DNA of 27,303 nucleotides from a virus (Duplodnaviria; Heunggongvirae; Uroviricota; Caudoviricetes): IMG/VR virus record IMGVR_UViG_2690315994_000016, positions 1 to 27,303 of that record; one strand, 5' to 3'. Shown piece by piece: positions 1 to 8,264 of this stretch (position 1 is its first letter; each line of letters starts with the position of its first letter). The notes under the pieces were generated by a model. It saw only the letters and a program-made list of their open reading frames with translations, ran no database searches and was not told where the DNA came from. The position numbers and the translations under genes were made by a program.

Positions 1-6
1 CCCTCC

Positions 7-106
7 GGCAGAAGCAGAAAAAGCTTATTATGCTTCCATCAGAAACGATGATCTGGCAGCCTGAGTTCACAGATAAAACACTCTCCAGGAAAACCGGGGC
101 GGTTCA
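7..106. repeat. Left arm of ~100 bp inverted repeat (partner 27201..27300)
   Basis: Positions 7..106 equal the reverse complement of 27201..27300 with 2 mismatches (pos 41 and 93); contains the start of a truncated copy of the gene at 26601..27278. Confidence 0.85.
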
Positions 107-110
107 CTGA
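30..110 (+). pseudogene. 5' fragment (26 codons) of a paralogue of the PG-binding protein gene at 26601..27278
   Basis: ATG at 30 translates MLPSETMIWQPEFTDKTLSRKTGAVH then TGA; identical to the N-terminus of the 225 aa ORF at the other end of the window except one residue. Confidence 0.55.
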
Positions 111-231
111 CCGGACAGGTAGCCGGATTCCACAAGTCACGCAGCGGCACCTGCAGATCAGAAATCCCGCTACAGGTTTGCGCCAGTCGGCGCTCCAGTG
201 AAGTTGAACCCGGTGGCAGCAGACTATTCAT
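111..231 (-). pseudogene. I: Truncated baseplate/tail protein I (gpI), N-terminal ~40 codons only
   Basis: Minus-strand ATG at 229..231 gives MNSLLPPGSTSLERRLAQTCSGISDLQVPLRDLWNPATCP, matching the conserved N-terminus of P2-family gpI; similarity stops at ~110 where the inverted-repeat sequence begins. Confidence 0.55.
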
Positions 232-1132
232 CCGTTCCTCCGTTGGTTACGCTCCACTGCGTACATGATGCCGCCTGTGTTTTGTTCAGGACCACATCCG
301 CCAGCGGAGAAGCCAGTTCCACACGTTGAACACCCTCAACATGCAGAGCAGCAAAGATGGCGCTACGGCGAATATCCCGACCAAGCCTCGTCTGGCTGGC
401 AATGTACTTCTGCAGACTGGCTTTTGCCGCTGCCATTACCGGCTCTGCTTCCGGTCCCGGATAGAGAAAAATGGTGGCTTCCACGCGATACGGGATGATT
501 TCTGCGCTGCGAACCGTAAGACGGTCAGCCACCGGGCGGACGTTCTCACTGTTCAGAGCTTTTTCCACCACGTCCAGCAGGTCTTTTTCTGCAGTTCCAT
601 CGCCTTCGCGGCTAAGGACAGTCAGCACCACCTCTGCAGGTGCCGGGCTGGTTGCACTGGCATCCGCCACCCGACCGTCGGCGCTTCGGGCATGAAATTC
701 ATAAGCTGCAGTTGGCCCCGCAACTGAAAGCCCTTCAAAGGCTGCAGGCACACGCAGGCGTAACGCTTCATCGCTTTCCATCACAGCTGCAACGGGCGGC
801 ACAGCGTCATTATCAGCAGGCGTCACCGTCAGGCGTTTCACGTTGTAGTTGGCGGCGAGCTGGTCCAGATCGCCCCCTATGGCATAAGCCACCATCACCG
901 CCTGCGCAGCTTCGTTAATGCGCTGGCGCAGAAGCAACTCACGGTAAGCATTCTCCTGCAACAATTTGGTGACGGGTTCAGATTCCAGTTCCAGCGTGCG
1001 GATCACTGCTTCCTGCTCATCTTTCGGATGAAGCGACACAAATTCTGCCTTGCGTTCGGCAAGCAGCGTCTCAAAGTCCGGCACATCCACAATCTGCGGC
1101 GCAGGCAACTGCGAAAGGTCAATCACTGCCAT
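224..1132 (-). CDS. J: Baseplate assembly protein J
   Basis: Translation MAVIDLSQLPAPQIVDVPDFETLLAERKAEF... matches P2 gpJ family; start moved to ATG at 1130..1132 with GGAG RBS, overlapping W stop. Confidence 0.9.
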   Translation of the reverse strand: MAVIDLSQLPAPQIVDVPDFETLLAERKAEFVSLHPKDEQEAVIRTLELESEPVTKLLQENAYRELLLRQRINEAAQAVMVAYAIGGDLDQLAANYNVKRLTVTPADNDAVPPVAAVMESDEALRLRVPAAFEGLSVAGPTAAYEFHARSADGRVADASATSPAPAEVVLTVLSREGDGTAEKDLLDVVEKALNSENVRPVADRLTVRSAEIIPYRVEATIFLYPGPEAEPVMAAAKASLQKYIASQTRLGRDIRRSAIFAALHVEGVQRVELASPLADVVLNKTQAASCTQWSVTNGGTDE

Positions 1133-1478
1133 TCTCTGCTCCTGTTGATACGGAAAGGGAAACAGGCACACCGTTATTACGCCGCCCGGTCAGCTCCACC
1201 ACCATTGAACCGTCAAAATTGCTGTTAATGGTGATGGAATCCAGCGTCAGCCGTGGCTCCCAGCGACTCAGCGCCACATACACTGCCGACATGACCTGCA
1301 GGCGTAATGCCGGATTTTGTGGCTGGTCTATCAGTGCCGACAGCAGGGAACCATATTCCCGACGGGCAATGCGGCTACCCTGCGGCGTCAGCAAAATGTC
1401 CCGCACCGACTGGCGCAGATGATCAATATCAGTAATGGCTTTACCGCTGGTATTGTTCATCCCGCTATAAAGCGTCAT
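1119..1478 (-). CDS. W: Baseplate protein W (GPW/gp25-like)
   Basis: 119 aa; MTLYSGMNNTSGKAITDIDHLRQSVRDILLTPQGSRIARREYGSLL matches P2 gpW; position between V and J. Confidence 0.85.
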   Translation of the reverse strand: MTLYSGMNNTSGKAITDIDHLRQSVRDILLTPQGSRIARREYGSLLSALIDQPQNPALRLQVMSAVYVALSRWEPRLTLDSITINSNFDGSMVVELTGRRNNGVPVSLSVSTGAENGSD

Positions 1479-2053
1479 ACCGGGCCTCCGGTTGTGTCGC
1501 CGCCTTTCAGGACGTCAGTATGCTGATGCGCATCAACCACGATCCCGTTAGAACTCATCGCTCCGCCGCCCTGGGTAACGCCACCATTGATCACCACTTC
1601 GCTGTTAATGCGCGTGCGGTCAGCCTCCAGTACAAACTCACTGGTTTTCATGGTGATGTTGTCAGCGGCCTCAATGACCATTGATTTGATGCCCCTGACA
1701 TACCAGCGCCCGGTAGTGGGTTCGTATTCAAACCAGCCGCCGTCAGGATGTTCTGTCACGCAGGCGTCTGCCGACGTCGACGGTGGTGCGAACTGATTCG
1801 AATAGACAGCGGGCAGCGCAAAGGCAGTTTCCAGATTGCCGCCCAGACTCAGCAGCACCACCTGCTCACCTTCCGATGGTCGCCACCATGTGCGGGCATT
1901 CCCGGCACGCAGCGTCAGCCAGCTGATCCAGTTGGTTTCAAGCTCGCCCGTTTTCACCCGGCAAAGCCAGTTTTCCCGGTCCACTTCGGTGACTACACCA
2001 GTGCGGATCAGGTTGGTGATAAGGCGCATGATTTCGGTTAGTTGTGCGTTCAT
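1475..2053 (-). CDS. V: Baseplate spike/assembly protein V
   Basis: From internal Met: MNAQLTEIMRLITNLIRTGVVTEVD...WLTLRAGNARTWWRPSEGEQV matches P2 gpV; track ORF extends upstream to 2161 but homology begins at ATG 2051..2053. Confidence 0.85.
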   Translation of the reverse strand: MNAQLTEIMRLITNLIRTGVVTEVDRENWLCRVKTGELETNWISWLTLRAGNARTWWRPSEGEQVVLLSLGGNLETAFALPAVYSNQFAPPSTSADACVTEHPDGGWFEYEPTTGRWYVRGIKSMVIEAADNITMKTSEFVLEADRTRINSEVVINGGVTQGGGAMSSNGIVVDAHQHTDVLKGGDTTGGPV

Positions 2054-2099
2054 AGGGTTAGGTTGCACGGACCTTGAATCTATGGCATCAATACGTCCT

Positions 2100-2117
2100 T
2101 GTGTGGTAAATGACACA
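2100..2117. promoter_or_regulatory. Candidate late-promoter activator (Ogr/Delta-type) dyad TGT-N12-ACA upstream of V
   Basis: tgtgtggtaaatgacaca at 2100..2117, centred ~55 bp upstream of V start; motif recalled from P2 late promoters; chance occurrence is frequent. Confidence 0.3.
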
Positions 2118-2148
2118 AATACAATTCCAATCAAAGAAAGGTAAAAGA

Positions 2149-2679
2149 ATGAGCCATCCAATTGATTATTACGCTATAGAAGAACACGCAAGAATAATTG
2201 AGCAATTATGCTGTTCATCTGAATTTTATTTACAGCGTATATATTCCACACAGAAAGTATATGATGGTTCTATAGTAACTGAATTTGAAATGGAGGAGTT
2301 ATCGTACAACGGATGGTTGGAATATACCATTAGCAACAATCTTATTAGCCTTTGTACAAAACTACGAATTCTCCAAGACACTAGTGAACATGAGTGGAAC
2401 CCAGATTACTCACCTGAGAAAGAAGCATTTGAAGAACATGAAAATATACTTTTTGTTATAGATGGTCATGTTAAAGATTCTATACGCGAATGCTGCAATA
2501 AAATTATTCACGCATTAAGTTTTGAGTTAACAAAAAAGACCGGCAAAAATGGAATAAAATATTGGGACGGTTCTATTATTGCTTCTGGGGTTCAAAACAA
2601 AAAAAACTGGAAAATTAAAATAGACCTTTTCCCTTTTTGCCAAAGCATAAAAAGTTATTTAAGTTTATTAAGAGCGTAA
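2149..2679 (+). CDS. AT-rich moron, hypothetical protein (~176 aa) inserted between tail genes V and S, opposite strand
   Basis: Clean ORF in a markedly AT-rich segment; likely start ATG 2149 (AAAGG upstream) rather than 2110; no recognisable motif. Confidence 0.5.
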   Translation: MSHPIDYYAIEEHARIIEQLCCSSEFYLQRIYSTQKVYDGSIVTEFEMEELSYNGWLEYTISNNLISLCTKLRILQDTSEHEWNPDYSPEKEAFEEHENILFVIDGHVKDSIRECCNKIIHALSFELTKKTGKNGIKYWDGSIIASGVQNKKNWKIKIDLFPFCQSIKSYLSLLRA

Positions 2680-2684
2680 ACATT

Positions 2685-3137
2685 CTAATTTTTCATCAAT
2701 AAATACTTTAAAAGTAAATCTCTTACTTCATTTTCAGTATGTTCATTTAAACCCAGCAATTTTCGGGATGGATACTTAATGACTCCCCCCTTTGGACTGA
2801 CGCGATCGCGCAGACCGTAGTGATGAACACGGGCAATACGCTGTACCTTACCTTCAAACTGTACGCTGGCAGAATCCGCGCTGGCGGCAGTTCTCAGGTA
2901 TTTTGTGGTGCGCAGCTTTGCAAACATCTGACGTTTGATGCGCCCCTTCTTGCTGCGTGCTGTTACCCTGCGCGGCTCATAACTGCTGCCATCTGGATTG
3001 CGCTGCATCCTGATATTCTGCTGCTGTGTCCGGCGCAGTTCCTGCGCCAGCTGGCGCATCATTCGGCTTCTTGCGGCTGGTTCCAGATTCGCCAGCAAAG
3101 CACTCAGCCAGTCGTCCACCTTCTGCAGTTCAGCCAC
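2685..3137 (-). CDS. S: Tail completion / virion morphogenesis protein S
   Basis: 150 aa, same length and position as P2 gpS; basic N-terminal region. Confidence 0.75.
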   Translation of the reverse strand: MAELQKVDDWLSALLANLEPAARSRMMRQLAQELRRTQQQNIRMQRNPDGSSYEPRRVTARSKKGRIKRQMFAKLRTTKYLRTAASADSASVQFEGKVQRIARVHHYGLRDRVSPKGGVIKYPSRKLLGLNEHTENEVRDLLLKYLLMKN

Positions 3138-3582
3138 GTTTCACCGTCCACATTTCTTCAGGTTCATCGGGTTCCGCTACTGCTTCAACGCTCGACACAC
3201 TTCCGTCAGTGCTGACCAGCACACGTTCCGTCAGTTGCAGGTTGAGGCTGATATCACAGACATCGTTGCGCAGAATATCCACCTCAAAGGTGAATAACTT
3301 TTCCCGTAACGCCGGATTATTGATGGCATCGGGCTGGTTATCACGCAGCCACAGCAAAACCGGGGCCATCAGCAGATTCTGGTCGCCGCTGAAATCCTCA
3401 ATCACCACGTTGAGGGTATAACGGTACTCCCATGACATGGAGCTGGCCCCCGTGGCAACCAGCGAACCGTTATCCACAAACAGATGCAGCTTATCCGGGT
3501 TATTGCGGACATAAGGCACTGCTTTATTGAGGGCGTGGCGCAGGGATTGTGGTTTGTTCACTGTTTCGCTCCTGACACGCAA
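3130..3582 (-). CDS. R: Tail completion protein R
   Basis: Translation ...SLRHALNKAVPYVRNNPDKLHLFVDNGS...LNVVIEDFSGD...WLRDNQPD matches P2 gpR; true start may be internal to the listed ORF. Confidence 0.75.
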   Translation of the reverse strand: MRVRSETVNKPQSLRHALNKAVPYVRNNPDKLHLFVDNGSLVATGASSMSWEYRYTLNVVIEDFSGDQNLLMAPVLLWLRDNQPDAINNPALREKLFTFEVDILRNDVCDISLNLQLTERVLVSTDGSVSSVEAVAEPDEPEEMWTVKRG

Positions 3583-3814
3583 TAATCATGTCCACTTTGT
3601 CTGCACAGACCGCCCAGGCGGCCTCCGTTTCATCCAGCAATGCGTTCAGATCACCGTTAGTGCGCGGCGCTGCCTGCTCCAGCCGACACGGCGTCACTCG
3701 CGGACAACCACTGACGGTAAGCTGCACCTCCGGTGAGTGCCGGACGTTCCCGCAGCCGGATAATGTCAGCAGGCAAAGGAGTATCAGCCCAGCGGCGTAA
3801 ATCCTCGTTCTCAC
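3524..3814 (-). CDS. lysC: Rz1/LysC-like outer-membrane lipoprotein spanin
   Basis: N-terminal signal with lipobox LTLSGC, Pro-rich small protein, alternate frame overlapping the 3' part of the Rz-like gene (classic Rz/Rz1 arrangement). Confidence 0.6.
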   Translation of the reverse strand: MRTRIYAAGLILLCLLTLSGCGNVRHSPEVQLTVSGCPRVTPCRLEQAAPRTNGDLNALLDETEAAWAVCADKVDMIIACQERNSEQTTIPAPRPQ

Positions 3815-4085
3815 GTTTCAGTTCCTCGATCCGGTGTTGTCGTTGTCTCAGCAGCGCGCTGGTTTGTTCTGCTTCGGCATAGAGCCGCGCCTGCTCCCGG
3901 TTATTGGTTTCAGCCAGAATGGACAGACTGATCAGCTGGCTATTTTTCTTCGTTAGTTCGTGCGCTTTACTTTTCAGCGCCGTGCGCTGCGTTTCGATGG
4001 TGTGGCTGGCGCTGTTAAGCCGCCACGACTGCCAGCCCAGCGCAACGAGTGCCAGCGCCGCCACTACCGCCAGCGCACGCGTCAT
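3657..4085 (-). CDS. lysB: Rz/LysB-like inner-membrane spanin
   Basis: N-terminal TM segment (LAVVAALALVALGW) followed by charged coiled-coil; directly downstream of endolysin. Confidence 0.7.
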   Translation of the reverse strand: MTRALAVVAALALVALGWQSWRLNSASHTIETQRTALKSKAHELTKKNSQLISLSILAETNNREQARLYAEAEQTSALLRQRQHRIEELKRENEDLRRWADTPLPADIIRLRERPALTGGAAYRQWLSASDAVSAGAGSAAH

Positions 4086-4597
4086 AATCCAGCTCCTTTA
4101 AGGCACCAGGCCATCTCCCGCGCACGGCGGTTATCCAGCCCCTGATTAAACACACCTTTCACATAAACCCAGCGCGGCAACTGTCGGCACGCTTCTGCCC
4201 AGCGCCGCTGATTGAGCAATTTCACCAGCGTAGAACTGCAGGCATTGCCCGTTCCCACGTTGAAGGCAAACGACACCGTAGCGTCATATACCTTCTGCGG
4301 CGGCTGTTGCTTCACACACCTTTCCAGCGCCCGCTCCACACGCAGCACGTTGGAAATAAGCCCTTCTGCTGCCTGTCGTTCCGTGATTGTTTTGCCGGGA
4401 ATGACGCCCGACGTATTTCCAATGCCGTCGGTCCAGACACCCGCGCTGCACTGATACGGCTGCAGACGACAACCTTCGTAATCGGCAATCAGTTTCAGCC
4501 CCTCCACGGAGGTGTGAAGCTGCTGAAACCCCGGCAGCGTGGCAGCAATAGCCAGCACGGCCCCGACAAGGCAGCGTTTAACGATTGATGGATTCAT
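4082..4597 (-). CDS. Endolysin, phage lysozyme family with N-terminal SAR-like hydrophobic segment
   Basis: LKLIADYEGCRLQPYQCSAGVWTDGIGNT lysozyme catalytic region; hydrophobic N-terminus CLVGAVLAIAATLPG. Confidence 0.85.
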   Translation of the reverse strand: MNPSIVKRCLVGAVLAIAATLPGFQQLHTSVEGLKLIADYEGCRLQPYQCSAGVWTDGIGNTSGVIPGKTITERQAAEGLISNVLRVERALERCVKQQPPQKVYDATVSFAFNVGTGNACSSTLVKLLNQRRWAEACRQLPRWVYVKGVFNQGLDNRRAREMAWCLKGAGL

Positions 4598-4793
4598 AGT
4601 CCTCCCGCGAAATCTGCCCGTCGCGCAGAAGCTGGTAGGCTTTGTGTTTGTAGTACCAGTTGATAGCCAGCATCAGCACACCAATCATCAGGCCGCCCAG
4701 CGTTGAGGCATCCTTGATGGACAAATCGCCCAGCCAGGCCAGCACGACGGCGATGCAATACGTGATAAAGGCGCTGATTCGCTCAAGCGTCAT
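4578..4793 (-). CDS. Holin-like small membrane protein
   Basis: 71 aa, two hydrophobic helices and charged C-terminus, immediately upstream of and overlapping endolysin start. Confidence 0.55.
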   Translation of the reverse strand: MTLERISAFITYCIAVVLAWLGDLSIKDASTLGGLMIGVLMLAINWYYKHKAYQLLRDGQISREDYESINR

Positions 4794-4796
4794 AAT

Positions 4797-5000
4797 TCAG
4801 TCCCATAGCTGGACGGTCTGCACGGTGGTGGTTGTCGGAATGTCCGGCAGCTCCACCTGCAGCCCGTGAGGTAAAAAGGGGCCGTATTCGGCAAGCCCCG
4901 GATTTGCCTTCAGTACCTGCTCCGTGACACCCTGCGTGCGCCCGTAATGACGCCAGCAAAGTGCGTCCACCGTGTCATACTGATGCGCACGCACTTTCAT
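4797..5000 (-). CDS. X: Tail protein X
   Basis: 67 aa; DTVDALCWRHYGRTQGVTEQVLKANPGLAEYGPFLPHGLQVELPD matches P2 gpX. Confidence 0.8.
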   Translation of the reverse strand: MKVRAHQYDTVDALCWRHYGRTQGVTEQVLKANPGLAEYGPFLPHGLQVELPDIPTTTTVQTVQLWD

Positions 5001-5464
5001 CAGATAAGCTCCACTGTGCAGTGCGGCGCATCCTGCACCCGGCTGATGGCCCAGCGGGCGTCACGCCATAAATCACCGCTTGCTTCCGCTAGTTCCTCGC
5101 CTCGCTTCGCACCGGATGCCGTGGCGTCATAGTCCTGGTAACGTTCGTTGAGCATGGCGCGTGCCCAGCAGTAAACCGCGTTGAAATAGTGCTGAATGCG
5201 CTCGCTTTTGCCGTCCAGTTGTTCCGCCGGGACTTCTGCCAGCGAGGCATACCCCAGCATCTGCTGGCGTCTGCGAAACTCATACAGCTCTGCGTTGACC
5301 TCCGAAATTGCCGACAGCGCAACCTGCTTTAAACGCGGCTGCGTCACCGTGCCGTCAGTGCGCATGACACTGCGAAACTCCGACAGGTCCACATCAGGCC
5401 AGAACGGCGTATTTCTGATGATTTCCGCCTGTTCCGGTGCCTGTTCTGGCGCAACAAACTTCAT
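5000..5464 (-). CDS. L: Head completion/stabilization protein L
   Basis: ...NTPFWPDVDLSEFRSVMR...NAELYEFRRRQ...DLWRDARWAISRVQ matches P2 gpL; start set at ATG 5462..5464 preceded by AGGAGA; longer ORF to 5527 possible. Confidence 0.75.
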   Translation of the reverse strand: MKFVAPEQAPEQAEIIRNTPFWPDVDLSEFRSVMRTDGTVTQPRLKQVALSAISEVNAELYEFRRRQQMLGYASLAEVPAEQLDGKSERIQHYFNAVYCWARAMLNERYQDYDATASGAKRGEELAEASGDLWRDARWAISRVQDAPHCTVELI

Positions 5465-5559
5465 GCTGCTTTCTCCTGAAATAAAGGGCGGTGGACGGGG
5501 TTTTGATGTGGCAGTGCCTTTCGCCACCCCGTGCCGCCCGTGCGCGGGGGCACGTTCTG

Positions 5560-6210
5560 TCAGCGGCTGTCATTGCGCAGTCTGCGCTCCAGCTGCTGTT
5601 TGTCTTTTTTCACGCCACAGCGGGGATCGAGCTGTAACGCATGGTTGAGATGATTAAGGGCGGAAGCCGGATTACTTTCACTCAGGACAGCGCCAATCGC
5701 TTTATGCAGACGCGCCCGTGACTGGTCCGGCATATCCAGACCGTCTGTCAGCTCCAGCGTCTGCAGCAGCAGATCGACATCAAAGCCGGTAGTGGCAAGC
5801 ATTGCGCTCTGCGCTGCGTCTGCCATTTCCTCTGCCAGCACGGTCTGCACGTTGCGGTTACCCAGCGGCATCACCCAGCCATGACGCAGGGCATGACGCC
5901 CGATCTCCAGCGCTCCGACATAATCTCCGGCATCAATGCGCCACAGCATCACGTACATCAGCACGTCATCCTGTTGAGCGCCTCCGGCAGCCAGGACACC
6001 CTCCGCCCAGGCGGCGTATTTCGGCAGCAGCTCCACCTTGATTTCCGCTTTTTTGACCGTGGACTGAACGCCCTTGAGACGGCGGCGGTCTTCTGCCAGT
6101 TGCAGCAGCATCAGGTCATAGCCCGACGCGTGGCGAACGCTGCCGCCCTCGCGGGCGGCCTGTTCAGCCTGAACGCGCAGGCGATGCTGCCGTGCGGGAC
6201 TCAGGCTCAT
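5560..6210 (-). CDS. M: Terminase endonuclease (small) subunit M
   Basis: 216 aa, position between N and L, similarity to P2 gpM family. Confidence 0.75.
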   Translation of the reverse strand: MSLSPARQHRLRVQAEQAAREGGSVRHASGYDLMLLQLAEDRRRLKGVQSTVKKAEIKVELLPKYAAWAEGVLAAGGAQQDDVLMYVMLWRIDAGDYVGALEIGRHALRHGWVMPLGNRNVQTVLAEEMADAAQSAMLATTGFDVDLLLQTLELTDGLDMPDQSRARLHKAIGAVLSESNPASALNHLNHALQLDPRCGVKKDKQQLERRLRNDSR

Positions 6211-6213
6211 GGT

Positions 6214-7272
6214 TTACGCTCCGGTTTCTGCTGCGGCGGCGCTGAAGTCGCCAATCTGGATGTTTTCCACCAGTGCGGCGCAGCGGTAGTCCTCAACCAC
6301 ATAGGCTTCGTTAACGGATTCAAAATTTTCAATCCGGTCACGTTTCGGGTTGTCGATAACCGAACGGCGGCGGGTGTCTTCCTGCCAGTAAATGGACAGG
6401 TTATCCAGACGGGTGATCAGCAGCGCATTCGGCGGGAAGAACGGCGCACGCACGGCCTGCAGGCCACCCATGCGTTTCTGACTGATGATCATATCGGCAG
6501 CCAGTTTTTCACTGTTTTCCTGCTCTTTGTTGACCAGCGGGAAATACTTGTCAGACAGCAGCTCACGACCGCAAATCACCACCAGATCGTCATCGTCCTG
6601 GTAGACCACATCGATAAGCTCATTGACCGCATCCATCACCACGGCGTCCAGGTTGGCATATTCGCCACCTTTCCCGACTTTCACCGCACCCGGTGTGGTT
6701 TCACCGCCCGTGGTGGTGCTGCCCATGACGTGATCCGGTGCATCCTCACGGATTTTCTGCAGCCAGCCTTTGTTCACATCCTGCAGCAGCGGGTTTTCGC
6801 TACGGTTGGAGGTTTTCGCACGCTTCACGCCGTTAAAGCCGATCATGATGCGGTCCAGTGCCTGGCGTTTCACGATGGCGTCACGGATACGCACCTGGAA
6901 ATCCTGAAACTTCGCCCACAGGTCCAGCTTCGCGTAGGTCAGCACCGTGTCAAAGTTGGTCTGTTCGCATTTGTATTCCACATCGATCATCAGCGTCGGA
7001 TCGACAGGTTCACGCTCTTTCGCGGTGGTGTCAGTGGTTCCGGCAATGGTGCTGCCAACACCCAATCCAAGCAGCTGACCGGACTGCTCAGTCACTGGCG
7101 TGACGTTAATCAGCGTCAGGAAAGCGGCGGACTGCTGGATCTGGTCTTCCAGCGTCTGCTGCACAGACGGCTCTACGGTGAACTTGCTGGACAGTTCCTC
7201 AACTGCCACACCGTTCAGACGCGCCAGTTGCTGCAGGTAAGCGTTAAAAGCAAAACGGGTATTCTTCTTCAT
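6214..7272 (-). CDS. N: Major capsid protein N
   Basis: 352 aa; RFAFNAYLQQLARLNG...KFTVEPSVQQTLE...GFNGVKRAKTS...NLSIYWQED strongly matches P2 gpN. Confidence 0.9.
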   Translation of the reverse strand: MKKNTRFAFNAYLQQLARLNGVAVEELSSKFTVEPSVQQTLEDQIQQSAAFLTLINVTPVTEQSGQLLGLGVGSTIAGTTDTTAKEREPVDPTLMIDVEYKCEQTNFDTVLTYAKLDLWAKFQDFQVRIRDAIVKRQALDRIMIGFNGVKRAKTSNRSENPLLQDVNKGWLQKIREDAPDHVMGSTTTGGETTPGAVKVGKGGEYANLDAVVMDAVNELIDVVYQDDDDLVVICGRELLSDKYFPLVNKEQENSEKLAADMIISQKRMGGLQAVRAPFFPPNALLITRLDNLSIYWQEDTRRRSVIDNPKRDRIENFESVNEAYVVEDYRCAALVENIQIGDFSAAAAETGA

Positions 7273-7288
7273 TGGGTTTTATGCTCCA

Positions 7289-8122
7289 TCAGCAATTGGT
7301 CAGAGTGTCAGCGGGGGCGTTGCCGCCTGTTGCACGCTGGCGGTAGTCCTGGCGGCTGTCTTCATGACTCAGCTTATCCACCAGTTCGTTAAAGGCGGTT
7401 TGCTGCTCCTGCAGAGCAGTCTCCAGCTCAGACAGGCGTTCTTCCTGCTCAGACAGGGATTTTTCGGTGCGCGTGCTCAGGTTCTGCTGCTCAGTGGCGA
7501 CCAGTTCCACGGCCTTATGCACATCAGAGAACCGGACGTCATCGGACTGCTCTTTTTTGGTAAACAGCGCCGTGACGCGGGCAAACAGGGACGGCTTGTC
7601 CTCCTGGATTTCTTCCAGTTCGATCACCGTTTCCTCTGCAGCGGTAAAAAGATTGGCAGGATTCTGCTTGCGGTTTGCCAGCGGGTTATGGGCTGCACTG
7701 GCGCTGAATGTCAGCATTTCCGTACCCAGACTGGCGGGATCATCAGTGGCAGCCAGGCCGACCAGGTAGGCTTTGCCCGTATCAGCAAACTTCGGGCTGA
7801 CTTCCATAGAGGTGAATAATTTCTGGCCTTTTTTCACCAGTTCCACCAGGGACTCCGTTGGCTCAACGTCGGCATACAGTGCCATCTTGCCTGCCAGCGG
7901 ACCTTCCGCGATTTCTTCAGCAAACAGCGCCGTCACCTTGCCGTAGCGGTTAAACGTGCTGTCCGGCAGATAAGACTTAATGTGCTCAAGGTTAATCAGC
8001 GCGGTATACACCGCCGGGTTGTAGCTGGCTGCCATCTGTTCCAGCCATTCACGCTGGATTTCGCGTCCGTCGGTAGTGGCACCTTCCACCCCGATGCGAA
8101 AACGCTTTGCTTTCACTGTCAT
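7289..8122 (-). CDS. O: Capsid scaffolding protein O
   Basis: 277 aa, Glu/Gln-rich coiled-coil C-terminal half, position upstream of N as in P2. Confidence 0.8.
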   Translation of the reverse strand: MTVKAKRFRIGVEGATTDGREIQREWLEQMAASYNPAVYTALINLEHIKSYLPDSTFNRYGKVTALFAEEIAEGPLAGKMALYADVEPTESLVELVKKGQKLFTSMEVSPKFADTGKAYLVGLAATDDPASLGTEMLTFSASAAHNPLANRKQNPANLFTAAEETVIELEEIQEDKPSLFARVTALFTKKEQSDDVRFSDVHKAVELVATEQQNLSTRTEKSLSEQEERLSELETALQEQQTAFNELVDKLSHEDSRQDYRQRATGGNAPADTLTNC

Positions 8123-8200
8123 GAGCCGTGCTCCGTTAGAAAAAACTTACTGGAGCCTTATGGTTGCGGTGATGGGGGCAGTGAAACAATGCGCGGTATT

Positions 8201-8218
8201 TGTACCGACAACCACACA
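8201..8218. promoter_or_regulatory. Candidate Ogr/Delta-type activator dyad TGT-N12-ACA in the divergent O/P late promoter region
   Basis: tgtaccgacaaccacaca at 8201..8218 in the 142 bp O-P intergenic region. Confidence 0.35.
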
Positions 8219-8264
8219 AACCGCAGGCGGGGAAAGCCTTCATTCAAGGCTGTAGGTTTGTGCC

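Noticed and set aside
5881-7392. 503 aa plus-strand ORF
   Set aside because: Lies antisense across the well-supported capsid N and terminase M genes; high-GC DNA gives long spurious antisense ORFs; translation is low-complexity with no motif.
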